This document shows positions 37,091 to 48,748 of a stretch of DNA of 64,000 bases, in pieces. Within the stretch, counting starts at the first letter, position 1. Every line of letters starts with the position of its first letter. Below the pieces are notes generated by a model that was not told the origin of the DNA, ran no database searches, and worked only from the letters and a program-made list of their open reading frames with translations. The stretch is from a virus (Duplodnaviria; Caudoviricetes): positions 192 through 64,191 of the IMG/VR virus record IMGVR_UViG_3300032241_001154. One strand, given 5' to 3'. The translations under genes and the position numbers were made by a program.

Positions 37091-37509
37091 TAGTGCTTCC
37101 ATCCCATGAGTGCGCCTTTTATCGTAGCCTTCTTTATGGCTTCCATCAGTTTTGGATTGGCTTCGGTAAGGGGCTGTTCGAGATACTTCGCCTGCGTCGG
37201 GGCTGCGTGGTGGTCATCGAGGTTTTCGTGGACGTAGACAGCGTAATCAACGTCGGCGTTTCCGTAGTTGATGTACGCCTGCGGCTTCTCGTATGTCGGC
37301 ATGATTTCCTGTGCTGGAATGAACACGCCGGATGCCTTCAGAGCGCCAGTGTCCACGGGTACAAGTTCTTGGCTTCGAGCAAACACGCCGCTCATCACCT
37401 CGTTGATGGCTTGGGCGACGTGCTTGTTGATGCTTCGTCGAATGAACGCAGGGACTGGAAGGCTGTCCTTATCAATCTTGAACCTGACAAGTGGGCGGTT
37501 TCGAGGCAT
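37090..37509 (-). CDS. HK97 gp10-like neck/tail-completion protein
   Basis: SQELVPVDTGALKAS, YAVYVHE, QAKYLEQP. Confidence 0.85.
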   Translation of the reverse strand: MPRNRPLVRFKIDKDSLPVPAFIRRSINKHVAQAINEVMSGVFARSQELVPVDTGALKASGVFIPAQEIMPTYEKPQAYINYGNADVDYAVYVHENLDDHHAAPTQAKYLEQPLTEANPKLMEAIKKATIKGALMGWKH

Positions 37510-37516
37510 TATTTCA

Positions 37517-38551
37517 CTACTCGAAGTGCAGAACGGTGTTGTAGCCAGTCAAGCCGTTCTCGTCGTAGTTGTTCTCGACGTACATGATGATGGGGTGCTC
37601 CTGAGCAGGATTTGTGACGTTTGGAAGCGTCACTCGACTTTCGGTGCTGATGCCCAAGTAGAACCCGTTGAGGTACGCACGGCCCGAACTAACGAGGTCA
37701 CGTCCGTTGATGGTCGCCAACACCTTGGTCTGGTACTCCAAGCGACAGAGGTACTGCGTCGCCGCTCCGTATTCCACCGTCGAACTAGAGTTGCCCGATG
37801 AGTTCACAAAGTGCCGCCCGTAACCGTCGAGGGTGACGAGGGTAATCGAGGCGGAGATGTTGCCACAGGAAACGGAACCGCCAGCAGTGGTGATAGTGGT
37901 TCCGTTTACAACGCCAGCGCCGAGATTGGAAGTTTTGGGAACCGCAAACCAGTTCAGCGCCGTTGCCGTTCCCGAACCGCTGGGATTTTTTTGTGGAACG
38001 TAGTACGGGTTGCCATTGGGCGCTGTCCCCTGATTGACGTTGAACTCCCAAATGTTGTTTATTCCGTTGCTATTGTACGTTATTTGACCGAGAAGCAGGG
38101 GAACGCTGTCGTTCGTGTCAGTGCTACAGTTCAGGGCTTGAACGGCGCCTGGAATCTGAATGACGGACAACCACGATTGGGGAACGTAGTAGTTATTGAT
38201 GTACGAGCCAGCCGTTACCCCCGTGCACGCTACGGTGGCAGGCGATGGGTACGTTGATGGGGCCAGTGAAATCGTAGACGTACCGTTGAGTGCAGAAAAA
38301 GCGCCAGTGAACCCACCAATAGTGATTTGCTGACCAGCCACCGGCGTAGTTGTCCCCGTGTAGGTGAACATTGTGTAGGCGCTTGTTGAGATGAACCCCG
38401 TAATGGTAAGTCCGTTGTTTGACACTTGATTGGTGACAACGTTCTCGATGAGAATAGGCTGGTTCATCAGGGCCAATAGGTCAACGTCAATGCCCGTGGC
38501 GGCTATTCCACCAAGCCCATTGGGTTCCTCGTAGCCGTAGTAAATCGTCAT
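37517..38551 (-). CDS. head-closure (head-to-tail stopper) protein with large insertion
   Basis: Core LLALMNQ.I ... DGYG...YG...Y.CR.E...K....G..LVS split by an insert of about 200 aa. Confidence 0.65.
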   Translation of the reverse strand: MTIYYGYEEPNGLGGIAATGIDVDLLALMNQPILIENVVTNQVSNNGLTITGFISTSAYTMFTYTGTTTPVAGQQITIGGFTGAFSALNGTSTISLAPSTYPSPATVACTGVTAGSYINNYYVPQSWLSVIQIPGAVQALNCSTDTNDSVPLLLGQITYNSNGINNIWEFNVNQGTAPNGNPYYVPQKNPSGSGTATALNWFAVPKTSNLGAGVVNGTTITTAGGSVSCGNISASITLVTLDGYGRHFVNSSGNSSSTVEYGAATQYLCRLEYQTKVLATINGRDLVSSGRAYLNGFYLGISTESRVTLPNVTNPAQEHPIIMYVENNYDENGLTGYNTVLHFE

Positions 38552-39111
38552 TAGTCGGCGTTACCGTTTGAGAGTTCGGATTGGATTTCACCTTGGATGG
38601 CATCGTCGTCACTGATGATGTCGCCCGTCTCGGCGGTGAAGTCACCCTGATAGTCAGGCGCATAGCCCGTGCCATACGTCGTGGTGGTGCCAAGGACAGA
38701 GCCGGAAGGCCACGCATTTGGAACGGCGTAGTAGGGGTCGAACTCGCCAACCTTCATTTCCGCACCCAGTGCGTTGGGGTCTGCTGAAACCGATGGTGGG
38801 TTGACACGGCGACCACGGAGCAACAAGTCCTTGGCGAGACGCTCATAGCGTTGCGCACGGTCACCGTAAGACTTGCTGATGTCCAGTCCACCGACGCTCT
38901 TGCTCTCGCTCTGAGCGAGGCCCGTGAACTGCGCTGCGAGGTTGTAGCAGACGTTTGAGGCGGCTCGGTAGAGGTTCTGGTTCACCTCTGCCAAGCAGAA
39001 GTAGATTTCCTCATCTTGAATCAAGGGATTCGCCTCGACGGTATCACCAATCATGAATCGAACTTGGTCTTTGAGGGAACTGTTCGGGTTGCCTGAGTAA
39101 GTCCATCCCAT
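38551..39111 (-). CDS. head-to-tail adaptor
   Basis: WTYSGNP....DQVRFMIGDT.....IQDEEI, SVGGLDISKSY. Confidence 0.8.
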   Translation of the reverse strand: MGWTYSGNPNSSLKDQVRFMIGDTVEANPLIQDEEIYFCLAEVNQNLYRAASNVCYNLAAQFTGLAQSESKSVGGLDISKSYGDRAQRYERLAKDLLLRGRRVNPPSVSADPNALGAEMKVGEFDPYYAVPNAWPSGSVLGTTTTYGTGYAPDYQGDFTAETGDIISDDDAIQGEIQSELSNGNAD

Positions 39112-39464
39112 TATTGGAGCACGCTTTCATCAATGACGAGCGTGCCCGTGAGTACACGAGACGCACCGTTCGAGTTTTGTGTTGCGGTGATTTGGAAGCG
39201 CCAGCGCCCAGCCGACAGCGATGACAGTTCGCCAACGGCCCAGTTGACGGTCAGGTTTGGCTGCCCCACAGTAGGTGGAACGGTTGAGTTGGTAACGAAG
39301 TAGGTCTGGTTGGTCTTGGTAATCGTGGCACCGTTGGGTGGCTGACCAATCGTCATCGTGAACGTCCATCCGCTACTGAAATCCAGTAGTGCACCGCTTG
39401 CGTCGAACCATTGGAATGCTGCGGCTGGCAGGCTTGCGGCAGGGGTGGGGTAATGAATGGTCAT
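39111..39464 (-). CDS. Ig-like (BppU-type) virion protein
   Basis: D.SG.LLDFSSGWTF.M...L.AGRWRFQI.......GTLVI. Confidence 0.55.
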   Translation of the reverse strand: MTIHYPTPAASLPAAAFQWFDASGALLDFSSGWTFTMTIGQPPNGATITKTNQTYFVTNSTVPPTVGQPNLTVNWAVGELSSLSAGRWRFQITATQNSNGASRVLTGTLVIDESVLQ

Positions 39465-39494
39465 TGATTTCCTTTGGCGACTAAAGAGGTGAAA

Positions 39495-40586
39495 CTACTG
39501 TCCGTCCTCATACGATGATACCCCGTCCTCTCGGAATCCCTCTGCCGTGTTTTGGGTGGTGAACGACTGTTGATTGGGGTTTGTAAAGACTTCATTGGTG
39601 TTCTCGGTGTAGAACGGGTTGGGGTTCTTGAACCCAAAGCGAACGAGTATCGGCGCTGCTAAGGATGAGCGTTGTATGTATGTCGTTACAGCAACAGTTG
39701 CTTGACGCAGCGCATTGGAAGCGTTTTTGGAGATGCTAGATACACGGTAACCGACGGTGGATTCCACCAGAGCGGAGTAAGCAGCGCCGAAGAACGAAGC
39801 GGACTTGACAACCTGCGTTTTTTGTGTGAACGTGGTTTCGGCTGATTTGGAAGCGGCAACCTGCCTCGACGACGTTGTTTTCTCGATTTCGGCTGCTTGA
39901 CTGGCAGCGAGGTACTGTGCGGTCTTTGCAATCTCGCTTGATTCCATCAGTGCGGTTTCGTTTGTTTCGTTTACGGCACGAGATTTGGAACCGACGGTCT
40001 TTTCCGACAATGCGGTTTCGGTTGTTTTAGTTACGGTGCGAGATTTCACCGCAAGGGACGCTTGGCGCTCACCCACGGCGCTGTCCTTCACGCTTGCGTA
40101 AAGCCGTCCGATAGCGGTAGATTCCACCAACACTCCGACGACTGCACTGATGAATGCACTAAACCGTGACGCTTCGCTCGACTGCACGCCCGTGGCTTCG
40201 GATGACTTGTTGTACCCACGCTGGTTGGCAACCTCGGTGGTGAAAACTGTTGCATCGGCATTGGTCTTTGTGGATGAAACGAGGCGTTCTGCGTTCGTCT
40301 TGCTGATTTCCGCTACTTGACTGCTCTTGGCGGACGTGACAGACTTTTCGCCGTTGGTGGCCTCTAGCAATACCGTGGTCAGTCCGACCTCGTTCCTGCC
40401 CTGCGTTTTCACCGAAACGGTTGATTGAACATCATCGGCAGCGGAAACCTTGTTGCTACCGGCAGTCTTTTCAGCATTAGAGTTCTGCGCTTGGGCGCTT
40501 TCGCTACCGGCGTTGATGAGCCTGCCTGCGAAGTCATACTGTCCACCGTTGAAGAAGGCTTGGCTGTACTTGACACCCCTTGACAT
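39495..40586 (-). CDS. Ser/Thr/Ala-rich repetitive virion protein
   Basis: 363 aa with degenerate ~20-aa periodicity. Confidence 0.55.
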   Translation of the reverse strand: MSRGVKYSQAFFNGGQYDFAGRLINAGSESAQAQNSNAEKTAGSNKVSAADDVQSTVSVKTQGRNEVGLTTVLLEATNGEKSVTSAKSSQVAEISKTNAERLVSSTKTNADATVFTTEVANQRGYNKSSEATGVQSSEASRFSAFISAVVGVLVESTAIGRLYASVKDSAVGERQASLAVKSRTVTKTTETALSEKTVGSKSRAVNETNETALMESSEIAKTAQYLAASQAAEIEKTTSSRQVAASKSAETTFTQKTQVVKSASFFGAAYSALVESTVGYRVSSISKNASNALRQATVAVTTYIQRSSLAAPILVRFGFKNPNPFYTENTNEVFTNPNQQSFTTQNTAEGFREDGVSSYEDGQ

Positions 40587-40606
40587 TTCACCTTCTACAT
40601 GGTCGC

Positions 40607-41863
40607 TCAGATACTAAGAATACCACCGAAGCGTTCGCTGTCATTTTTGAGGGCAATGAGGTTGGCTTGGACGTAACTGATGTTCTGTTGCTGGTGCCAC
40701 TCGCTGGGGAAGAATGTCTGAAGTCTCGAAACCTGAAACCGTGCGGTGATTTCGGGGACGTACTTGCGAAAGTTCTGGTTAGTCCAGTAGTAGAAAGACT
40801 GTTCGACGTAGTAAGAGCGGTGCGTCGGGTCTGAGTAAGCGCCGGTTCCGAGTGCGCTGGGCGTTAGAGACAGGAACATTCCACCATTAGCCAGTACACG
40901 ATGCGCCTCGTTCCAAAACTCAACTTTGCGTTCTGGGTCTAGGTGCTCCAAGAAGTCGGCGGCTCGCAGAACGCCCACGGAGTTGTCCGGCAGCGAATCA
41001 AAGATGTCAAAGACATCACCAACGTGGTCGGCAGGCTCGTGAAGGTCTACTGTCTGGTAACCCCATGCTGGGTTGTGCGCTCCGCCAAGGTCGAGGGCAA
41101 ACAAGTCATTGTCCTTTGACCATTTCACCACAAGGCTAGAGATGTAGTGGTTGTACATGTCTATGGTTTCGGCTTGGATGCGGCGGTTGGTCTCCGCTTG
41201 GGCTTGCGTCTGTTCATTGTGGATTCGCTGTAGGTACAGGTTTTCCTTGATGTGGTGAAATGACGTGACAAGATACGTTCGGCACATGAGGTCTTGGTCG
41301 TCAAGGATGTCAAGGGCAGGGTTGTAACCACCGGCAGTGTCATAAGCACTGCGTCGCCATGAGCGCAGGTGATTTGGGGCGAACCAGATGAGCGAGACGT
41401 TGTGGGGGTGTGGAGACTTTGAGTTGGTGATGTGGTACTCACCTTCGTCTCGGTACGACCACCCGTAACTGAGGTCGAACTGAGTGAAGTTGGGTGAACC
41501 GTCCTCGTTGATTTGGGCGAAGTCTGAGTACACGAAACCGACATCGGGATTGTCCTCGAAGGTTTCAGCAACACGCTTTAGGGCGGTTGGCATCAAGAGG
41601 TCATCGTGGTCGAGTTCCAAGATGATGTCGCCCTTGCACATTTCAACGGCGTACTTTTTCAGCGCACCCACGCCCTTTACGTTCGGGTCGGCGTGGAGAA
41701 CTGTGATACGGGGGTCGTGTGGCGGTTCCCATTCTGCTTCACCATTGAGAAGAACAACCCATTCCCAGTCGTCGTGGGTCTGGGCGATAAGGCTGTCGGC
41801 AACTTCGTCCAACCACTTTGGATTGTGGCTGGGCGTGAACACTGAAATCGTCATAGACGACAC
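40607..41863 (-). CDS. GT2 glycosyltransferase fused to SAM-dependent methyltransferase
   Basis: ISVFTPS, ELDHDDLL (DxD), VYSD, DDQDL; C-terminal LDLGG...FLEHL...RVL.NGG...DPTH. Confidence 0.85.
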   Translation of the reverse strand: MSSMTISVFTPSHNPKWLDEVADSLIAQTHDDWEWVVLLNGEAEWEPPHDPRITVLHADPNVKGVGALKKYAVEMCKGDIILELDHDDLLMPTALKRVAETFEDNPDVGFVYSDFAQINEDGSPNFTQFDLSYGWSYRDEGEYHITNSKSPHPHNVSLIWFAPNHLRSWRRSAYDTAGGYNPALDILDDQDLMCRTYLVTSFHHIKENLYLQRIHNEQTQAQAETNRRIQAETIDMYNHYISSLVVKWSKDNDLFALDLGGAHNPAWGYQTVDLHEPADHVGDVFDIFDSLPDNSVGVLRAADFLEHLDPERKVEFWNEAHRVLANGGMFLSLTPSALGTGAYSDPTHRSYYVEQSFYYWTNQNFRKYVPEITARFQVSRLQTFFPSEWHQQQNISYVQANLIALKNDSERFGGILSI

Positions 41864-41871
41864 TATAGCCC

Positions 41872-42267
41872 TTACGAGGACGAGGATTGGCTTCCTTGTT
41901 GGATTTGGCTTGCGGTGATTATCTGAAGTGCCACCAGTGCGTCAGCCAGCCCCTGCGCCACCGAAACCACTCCCTGCACGGTTCTGCTGATGATGGGAGC
42001 GAGTGGGTCGGTTGATGATGCCAACGTCTCTACGTCGGCCTGCGCTTGGGCGAGGCTGGGTGCCAACTGACCGACAAGCGACTGAAGGTTGGTGGTGGCG
42101 GTGGTGACCGCCTGTTCGTCCGGCGTTCCGACGTAGATAGTGAACGTCGCCCCCGTCGAGGTCGTGACATTTTCCACTGAAGAGCCGTCTGGGTTCTCGA
42201 TGTACTCGTCTGCGGTAACAGTAACGCCATCGTTGAGTTGCTGACCGACTGTGTATTGTGCGCTCAT
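41872..42267 (-). CDS. fibre-associated small protein (paralogue of 48389-48748)
   Basis: [19 protein letters not shown]...STDPLAPI shared with the paralogue. Confidence 0.65.
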   Translation of the reverse strand: MSAQYTVGQQLNDGVTVTADEYIENPDGSSVENVTTSTGATFTIYVGTPDEQAVTTATTNLQSLVGQLAPSLAQAQADVETLASSTDPLAPIISRTVQGVVSVAQGLADALVALQIITASQIQQGSQSSSS

Positions 42268-42275
42268 AGTTATCC

Positions 42276-45200
42276 TTAGTTGAGGGCGTAATAAATCAAG
42301 TTGCTGGAACCCAACATAGTGTACGTCGAACCAATGGTCGCAGGGCTACTGCTACCAGTCCACGTCGAGGCGATGATTGGTGTGACGGTGGTGCTGTTCG
42401 GTGGCGTGTATGTGTTAGAGGCGACGCTGGGTGGCGTAGTCCCCGTGATGCAAACACCGATGTGGTAAATGCCCGATGTTCCCACGGTGTAGGTAGTTGA
42501 GGAACCAGCGGCAATCGTGGCGATGGGCCAAGTGAAATACGTTGATGCCGCCATCGAAGTAAGGCCCTGCGCCGCCGTCGCCGCCACGAGGGTAGCGGTG
42601 GTTCCGGCGAAAGAAAAGATGGCACCCCAGTTACCAGTCAACGATGCGCCAGCAGTCGCATTCGTGGCGAAGGTGATTTTGTTGATGATTTGCCCTGCGT
42701 ACAGGTACACGGCGGTAGTGCGGAAAACACCTGATGAAAGCGTAAGTGAGGACGTAACCGCACCACGGTACAGTGTTTCAGCAACGCTGGTTCCGACAGA
42801 AGAAGCATACGCAAGAGCCAAGTCTTGTGAATAACCAAGGATTGGAGCCTGCGCAGAGCCACCGGCACCGATGGAAATGAGCGTCTGTGGAGTAACAGTT
42901 GTGTTTCCTGCCAAGTACCCCAGTGACGTGTTCGAGGCGCCGTAGACGAGTGCGCCAGTGGTGGAAGCCGTTGAGATTCCCGTGCCACCACTGCTCATGG
43001 GGACGACACCCCTTGAGGTGAAAAATCGATAGACCGGAATGGCGGTTGTGCCGAGCGTGCCGCTGGATGAGATGCCCATCTGCCACGACGTAGAGCCGTA
43101 GGCCGTACCTTGCTGAACCTGAATGAGTGAGGTAGACAACTTGTTGGCAGTGTCAACGTCGTTGTCTCGGCAAAAGATTGTGGGTACGGTAGCCGTTCCC
43201 ATGGTTCCTGTGGCTGGGGTGGTGATGGTGCTTACGCCCGTCACCGTCAAAGTCGTAGAAGTGGCGGTAGCGATGAGCCATGTGCCGTTGTAGCCCGTGG
43301 TAGTCGCCCCACTCACGGTGATGTACTGACCAGCCGTGAAAGTCATGCCCGAACCCGTAAAGGTTATGGTTCCGGCAGACCACGACATTGCAGTGAAAAG
43401 AGTGCTCGTCGTAGTTCCTGCTTGCGTGACCAGCCATACGCCGTTCTGCGTTGTGGTGTTTTGGAATGGGAATAGCCAGCGGTCACCAACTAGGGTTCCG
43501 CCACTGGCAGGGTATCCGTCCGATGCAAACGTTCCGCCTACGCCGATAAAAACGTCAACAGCAAGTGGAGCGTCATTGACGAGGTTGCCCTGTTGCGCTG
43601 TTCCAAAAACGGTGGCGGTGCCTAAGGAAGAGGCGGAGTAGACGGTGAACTGAGTGGCGGATGCGGTGGCAATGACATACGTTCCGTTGTATGCCGTTGG
43701 GGTCATCCCAGTAACAGTTATGTTTTGCCCAACAGTCGGCGTGATGCCAGTCGTTGTGTAGGTGAACGTGATTGTGGGGGATGAGTACGAGGCAGCCGTG
43801 ATGGTCAGCGTCTGACCAACCACATAGGTTCCTGCAAGGGACTGCTGCGCCGCTGCGTTGACGGCTTGGTGAATGGGGAACTCCACCCATTCTGGGCCAC
43901 CGTTAGCGATGTTGCCGTAGGACATGAGCAGGTAACCAGCACCACCAGTTGCGCCGCCACCGTTGGATGACGTGTCCGTGAGGGTTCCTGATGCTGAACC
44001 AAAGACAACCGCACCAGCGGCAGCCGTCGGAATCTGCCCGAAGGCGGCAGCGTCGGTTGAAGCCGTACCGTTGGCGATGTTCGTAATCTTTTGACCACTC
44101 ATGGACAGAACGCCGTTGATGGTCGTAGCGCCGGTGGCACTAATCGTCATTGCATCCGTAGCGCCGCTGTTCACCACGAAGTGGATTGGCTTGGCACCGT
44201 AGGTACCGATGGCGAGGTCTGTCGAGCCGGAAGCAAGGTAGACGTTTCCTGCGCCGTTGAACGCCCCCGTACCAGTGAAGCCTGACGAGTTGATACCGAT
44301 TTCACCGAAGTTGGCGGTGGCGGAACCTTGGTCGTTGGAGATGTTGAAGTTTGCCGAAGCCGTCGTGCCGGAGTTGGTGTTCTGAAGAACCACTTGGTTG
44401 TAGTTGTTGACGTTGGAAACAATGGCGGCATTGATGTTCAAGTCCGTGTATGACAGCGTTTGCAAGCCGACCTGAAGAGGTGAAACCGAAGCCGCAACCG
44501 AAGTTGAGGCGATGTTCGTGATGAACTCGTTGGGCGTGTACAGGGTTCCGGTAAGGGTTCCACCAGTGAGCGGAAGGGCGTTCAGTGCGCCGCTTACGCC
44601 TTGGTTTCCTTGGTACCCCTGATTGCCCTGATTGCCTTGAAAACCTTGGTTGCCGGTACTGCCGGTAGCGCCTTGATAGCCTTGATTTCCTTGGTTGCCT
44701 TGACTACCAGTCGTGCCGGTCGCACCCTGCGAACCAGTGGAGCCTTGATTACCTTGATTACCCTGCGCACCAGTAACCGAGGCACCTTGATTGCCTTGGA
44801 ATCCCTGCGAACCCTGCGAACCCTGCGAACCCTGAGAACCCTGAGTGCCTTGAGAGCCGGTTACGCCTTGATTGCCCTGATTACCTTGGTTTCCCTGACT
44901 TCCCTGTGCGCCAGTCGTTCCCTGATTGCCCTGCGTTCCTTGGTTGCCTTGTGTTCCCGTTGAGCCTTGATTGCCTTGATTACCCTGACTTCCCTGTGTT
45001 CCGGTGATTCCATCAATGGCAAATGTCCACGAGGTGTACGGGCCACCTGAACCGCCCGTAGTGTCCACGTTGACCGTAATCGAGGTGTTCGCCACAAGCG
45101 CCGTAATGACACCAGCCATGAAGTCGGTTGGCGTGGTGGTGTAAATGACACGCACTCGTTGTCCAACGGCGTAAGCACCAGTATTGGAAGTGTTCCACGT

Positions 45201-48200
45201 CAGCGAGCCGGTGGTGATTGACTGCGAAGTCGTAGACGTGACTGTGTAGCCGTTGCCTTGAAAGCCTTGGCTCCCTTGAAATCCTTGATTACCCTGCGAG
45301 CCTTGATTACCTTGGTTCCCCTGATTTCCCTGTGTTCCGGTAGAACCTGTCGAACCCTGACTACCCGTAGACCCTTGGTTGCCCTGAAACCCTTGTGCAC
45401 CTTGTGCGCCCGTACTTCCTTGCGCACCAATCTGCCCTTGGAAGCCCTGCGAACCCTGCGCTCCCGTAGCGCCAGTGGAGCCTTGCGCTCCAGTAGCGCC
45501 TTGAACACCCTGATACCCCTGATACCCCTGCGAACCTTGACTGCCGGTGGCCCCTTGACTGCCTTGAGCGCCAGTAGAGCCTTGTGAGCCTGTTGCGCCA
45601 GTAGACCCCTGAGCGCCAGTAGACCCCTGAGAACCCGTTGAACCTTGGTTCCCTTGGAACCCTTGGAACCCTTGATTGCCTTGGTTTCCTTGTGAGCCGG
45701 TGTTACCCTGATTACCCTGAAAACCTTGATACCCCTGTGTTCCTTGGGCACCGACGATGCCGTCCAAGTTCACCGTCCACGTCGTGAACGTTCCTGAGCC
45801 GCCAATGGTCGTCACGTTCACCGTCATAGAGCCTGTGGCGGCGGTGTATGCGGTGATTGTTCCAATCATGTAGTCGGCTGGGATACCCGTGTTGTAGATG
45901 CGCACGGTCTGACCGACGGTGTATGCGAGGTAGGTGCCGACGGTGAGGGTTTGGCTGCCCGTAGCGATGGTCAGCGAGGTGGAACTCGTGGTTGCGTATG
46001 AAGCGCCTTGGTTTCCCTGATTCCCCTGAAATCCCTGCGTTCCTTGGTTCCCCTGATTACCTTGGAACCCCTGAAATCCTTGGTTTCCTTGATTGCCTTG
46101 GGAGCCGGTAGTTCCTTGGTAGCCCTGATTGCCTTGGCTACCCTGCGAGCCGGTGGAGCCTTGCGCACCAGTTGCACCAGTTGTGCCCTGAGCACCAGTA
46201 GTGCCCTGCGAGCCGGTGGAGCCTTGGTTGCCCTGAAATCCTTGGTTACCTTGATAGCCCTGACTACCCTGTGCACCTGTTGTTCCCTGTGCGCCAGTTG
46301 AGCCTTGGTTGCCCTGTGAACCTTGTGCGCCTGTTGAACCCGTCGCCCCTTGTGCGCCTGTTGTCCCCTGAAAGCCCTGCGTCCCTTGAAATCCCTGTGT
46401 ACCTTGATAGCCTTGGTTTCCCTGCGCCCCTTGGTATGTCACTTGCTGAGCAGTGAAAATGACGCTTGGGGTGGCTGGGACGGTGGGGCCGGTCTGGGAG
46501 CCAGTGGCGGCGATGGAGATAGTTGTGTTCGACGGTGCCCACGCCAACTGAACGTAGTCGTTGGCATTGACGTTGATGACGTAGTTGACGGCGGCAATCA
46601 GCGCACCAGAGCCACCGTGCGAAGTCCCAGGCACGTTATACACCGAGTTGCTGTCAATGACATCCGTACCGTTTTGACGAAGCCAAACATCCACGTTGTC
46701 AGAGTTGCTGTCAGAGTTAGCAAACTGAATCGAGTATTGGATGTTGTAAGTTCCAGCGTGGGCGAACGTGACTTGGTTTCCACTGGCGATGGTAATGCCG
46801 TAGTTGGCGCTCACCGTGTTGATGTTTACGACGTTGGAAACCGTTGTGGATGAGGCCGTCTGGGTCGTCGTGTCGTATGCCGAGATGTAGTTGGCGATTA
46901 CACCACCGGCACCCTGCACGCCTTGATACCCTTGTGCGCCCTGACCAGAAACCTGCGTCCAGTTGATGTTGTCGGTGCCGATAAGGATTACACCACCAGT
47001 ACCAGTACCAGTCGAAATCATCTCGTAGGTCTTACCAGCGTTGCTTGTTCCGGCGATGGTGAGCGTGTAGTCGCCAGCGGCAACCTCGCCAGCGGTGGAA
47101 TCGTTGTAGTCGGTGGCACGGGTGAGTGTCCACGGCGTTGATACTGAGCCGGTTGCCGTTACGGTGTAGATACCGTTGTACTTGGCGTTGGTGTTTGCGG
47201 TAACGAGAACACGTTGGTTGGCGGTCAGGGTCACGCCGTCAATCACCAAAGCACCGTTTGCAGAAGCGGTCAGTTTTGCGCCGATGCCGTAACCGCCACT
47301 AGCGTCAATCGTGCCAGCCGTGTAGGTGGAAGAGTTCGTCGTTCCGGCGGTGTCGGCAACCTGAACGGATGAGTGGGCGTTGAGTGCTGAAGGCGCTCCC
47401 TGCACGCCTTGATTTCCTTGAAAGCCTTGATTTCCTTGGAATCCTTGCGTACCCTGCGTACCTTGAAACCCTTGAACGCCTTGCGTACCCTGATTTCCTT
47501 GGTTACCCTGAGAACCAGTCGAGCCGGTTGAACCCTGATTGCCCTGAGAACCCTGTACACCTTGCGTACCTTGGAATCCCTGACTGCCCTGAACACCTTG
47601 GCTGCCGGTTACTCCTTGGTAACCTTGGTTTCCTTGGCTACCAGTCGCCCCCGTCGAACCTTGCGAGCCAGTCGAACCTTGACTACCCGTTGCTCCTTGG
47701 TACCCTTGCGCTCCCTGAGCACCCGTAGAACCTTGGAACCCTTGATTTCCCTGAAAGCCTTGTGCACCAGTCGAGCCTTGTGCGCCCGTCGAACCAGTTG
47801 CACCCTGAGCACCAGTGTTACCCTGATTTCCCTGAAAGCCCTGATTTCCCTGTGTTCCGGTAGAGCCAGTCGAACCTTGGAAACCCTGATTACCTTGATT
47901 TCCCTGTGAGCCTGTTGCCCCAGTGTTACCCTGATTTCCCTGCGACCCTTGGAACCCCTGAGCGCCTTGCGCTCCGGTGGAACCTTGAGCACCTGTAGCG
48001 CCCGTAGAGCCTTGCGAACCCGTACTTCCCTGACTTCCTGTTGCCCCTTGGTTGCCCTGTGTGCCTTGGAACCCTTGGTTGCCCTGACTGCCCGTAGCGC
48101 CTTGGCTACCTTGGCTGCCCTGACTACCTTGTGCGCCCAAAACAATGGGGAGCCAACTTCCAATGGACAAAGGCGTGGACGTGGTGATACCCGTAGCCGA

Positions 48201-48386
48201 CGCAACCACGAACTGCGTTGAGTTGGTGACGCTCAGAATGGTTGTGTTTATGCTTGCCGATGCGTTTTCAACAGACATACCGGCGCTTAGTCCAGTCGTG
48301 CTACTGATGGTGATGGTCGTTCCCGATACCGCCGATGGAGTGAACGGCGACCCTGACACTGGTGAAAAGTAGTTGAGGATTGACAT
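42276..48386 (-). CDS. collagen-like fibre protein (2036 aa)
   Basis: Four long Gly-X-Y tracts ([15 protein letters not shown]) separated by globular domains. Confidence 0.85.
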   Translation of the reverse strand: MSILNYFSPVSGSPFTPSAVSGTTITISSTTGLSAGMSVENASASINTTILSVTNSTQFVVASATGITTSTPLSIGSWLPIVLGAQGSQGSQGSQGATGSQGNQGFQGTQGNQGATGSQGSTGSQGSTGATGAQGSTGAQGAQGFQGSQGNQGNTGATGSQGNQGNQGFQGSTGSTGTQGNQGFQGNQGNTGAQGATGSTGAQGSTGAQGFQGNQGFQGSTGAQGAQGYQGATGSQGSTGSQGSTGATGSQGNQGYQGVTGSQGVQGSQGFQGTQGVQGSQGNQGSTGSTGSQGNQGNQGTQGVQGFQGTQGTQGFQGNQGFQGNQGVQGAPSALNAHSSVQVADTAGTTNSSTYTAGTIDASGGYGIGAKLTASANGALVIDGVTLTANQRVLVTANTNAKYNGIYTVTATGSVSTPWTLTRATDYNDSTAGEVAAGDYTLTIAGTSNAGKTYEMISTGTGTGGVILIGTDNINWTQVSGQGAQGYQGVQGAGGVIANYISAYDTTTQTASSTTVSNVVNINTVSANYGITIASGNQVTFAHAGTYNIQYSIQFANSDSNSDNVDVWLRQNGTDVIDSNSVYNVPGTSHGGSGALIAAVNYVINVNANDYVQLAWAPSNTTISIAATGSQTGPTVPATPSVIFTAQQVTYQGAQGNQGYQGTQGFQGTQGFQGTTGAQGATGSTGAQGSQGNQGSTGAQGTTGAQGSQGYQGNQGFQGNQGSTGSQGTTGAQGTTGATGAQGSTGSQGSQGNQGYQGTTGSQGNQGNQGFQGFQGNQGNQGTQGFQGNQGNQGASYATTSSTSLTIATGSQTLTVGTYLAYTVGQTVRIYNTGIPADYMIGTITAYTAATGSMTVNVTTIGGSGTFTTWTVNLDGIVGAQGTQGYQGFQGNQGNTGSQGNQGNQGFQGFQGNQGSTGSQGSTGAQGSTGATGSQGSTGAQGSQGATGSQGSQGYQGYQGVQGATGAQGSTGATGAQGSQGFQGQIGAQGSTGAQGAQGFQGNQGSTGSQGSTGSTGTQGNQGNQGNQGSQGNQGFQGSQGFQGNGYTVTSTTSQSITTGSLTWNTSNTGAYAVGQRVRVIYTTTPTDFMAGVITALVANTSITVNVDTTGGSGGPYTSWTFAIDGITGTQGSQGNQGNQGSTGTQGNQGTQGNQGTTGAQGSQGNQGNQGNQGVTGSQGTQGSQGSQGSQGSQGFQGNQGASVTGAQGNQGNQGSTGSQGATGTTGSQGNQGNQGYQGATGSTGNQGFQGNQGNQGYQGNQGVSGALNALPLTGGTLTGTLYTPNEFITNIASTSVAASVSPLQVGLQTLSYTDLNINAAIVSNVNNYNQVVLQNTNSGTTASANFNISNDQGSATANFGEIGINSSGFTGTGAFNGAGNVYLASGSTDLAIGTYGAKPIHFVVNSGATDAMTISATGATTINGVLSMSGQKITNIANGTASTDAAAFGQIPTAAAGAVVFGSASGTLTDTSSNGGGATGGAGYLLMSYGNIANGGPEWVEFPIHQAVNAAAQQSLAGTYVVGQTLTITAASYSSPTITFTYTTTGITPTVGQNITVTGMTPTAYNGTYVIATASATQFTVYSASSLGTATVFGTAQQGNLVNDAPLAVDVFIGVGGTFASDGYPASGGTLVGDRWLFPFQNTTTQNGVWLVTQAGTTTSTLFTAMSWSAGTITFTGSGMTFTAGQYITVSGATTTGYNGTWLIATATSTTLTVTGVSTITTPATGTMGTATVPTIFCRDNDVDTANKLSTSLIQVQQGTAYGSTSWQMGISSSGTLGTTAIPVYRFFTSRGVVPMSSGGTGISTASTTGALVYGASNTSLGYLAGNTTVTPQTLISIGAGGSAQAPILGYSQDLALAYASSVGTSVAETLYRGAVTSSLTLSSGVFRTTAVYLYAGQIINKITFATNATAGASLTGNWGAIFSFAGTTATLVAATAAQGLTSMAASTYFTWPIATIAAGSSTTYTVGTSGIYHIGVCITGTTPPSVASNTYTPPNSTTVTPIIASTWTGSSSPATIGSTYTMLGSSNLIYYALN

Positions 48387-48388
48387 AG

Positions 48389-48748
48389 TTAGTCCGTTTG
48401 TTCGTTGGTAGCAATAAGTTGCAGTGAAATCAAAGCATCAGACAGTCCCTGTGCCAACATTACAACCCCTTGAATGGTGCGACTAAAGATTGGCGCTAAA
48501 GGGTCGGTGGAAGAAGAAAGTGTCACCAAGTCGTCTTGCGCTTGGGCAAGACTGGGAGCAAGTTGCCCAACAAGGTTTTGCAGGTTTGCCGTTGCCGTTG
48601 CAATCGCTTGCTCGGCAGGGGTCAGCAGTGGACTGTCATCTTCCCAGTTGACCGTGGTATCCGAGGGGGGCGTTTGACTGGTGACAGTCACGTCCGAGGT
48701 TGGGGTGTCGGTTTCCACCCATGCCGTGCCGTTCCAGTTCTTTAGCAT
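48389..48748 (-). CDS. fibre-associated small protein
   Basis: [19 protein letters not shown]...STDPLAPI. Confidence 0.65.
   Translation of the reverse strand: MLKNWNGTAWVETDTPTSDVTVTSQTPPSDTTVNWEDDSPLLTPAEQAIATATANLQNLVGQLAPSLAQAQDDLVTLSSSTDPLAPIFSRTIQGVVMLAQGLSDALISLQLIATNEQTD

Noticed and set aside
44590-48135. Dense 9-bp periodic DNA repeats as a CRISPR array or satellite
   Set aside because: They are in-frame Gly-X-Y codons with synonymous variation; there is no repeat-spacer structure
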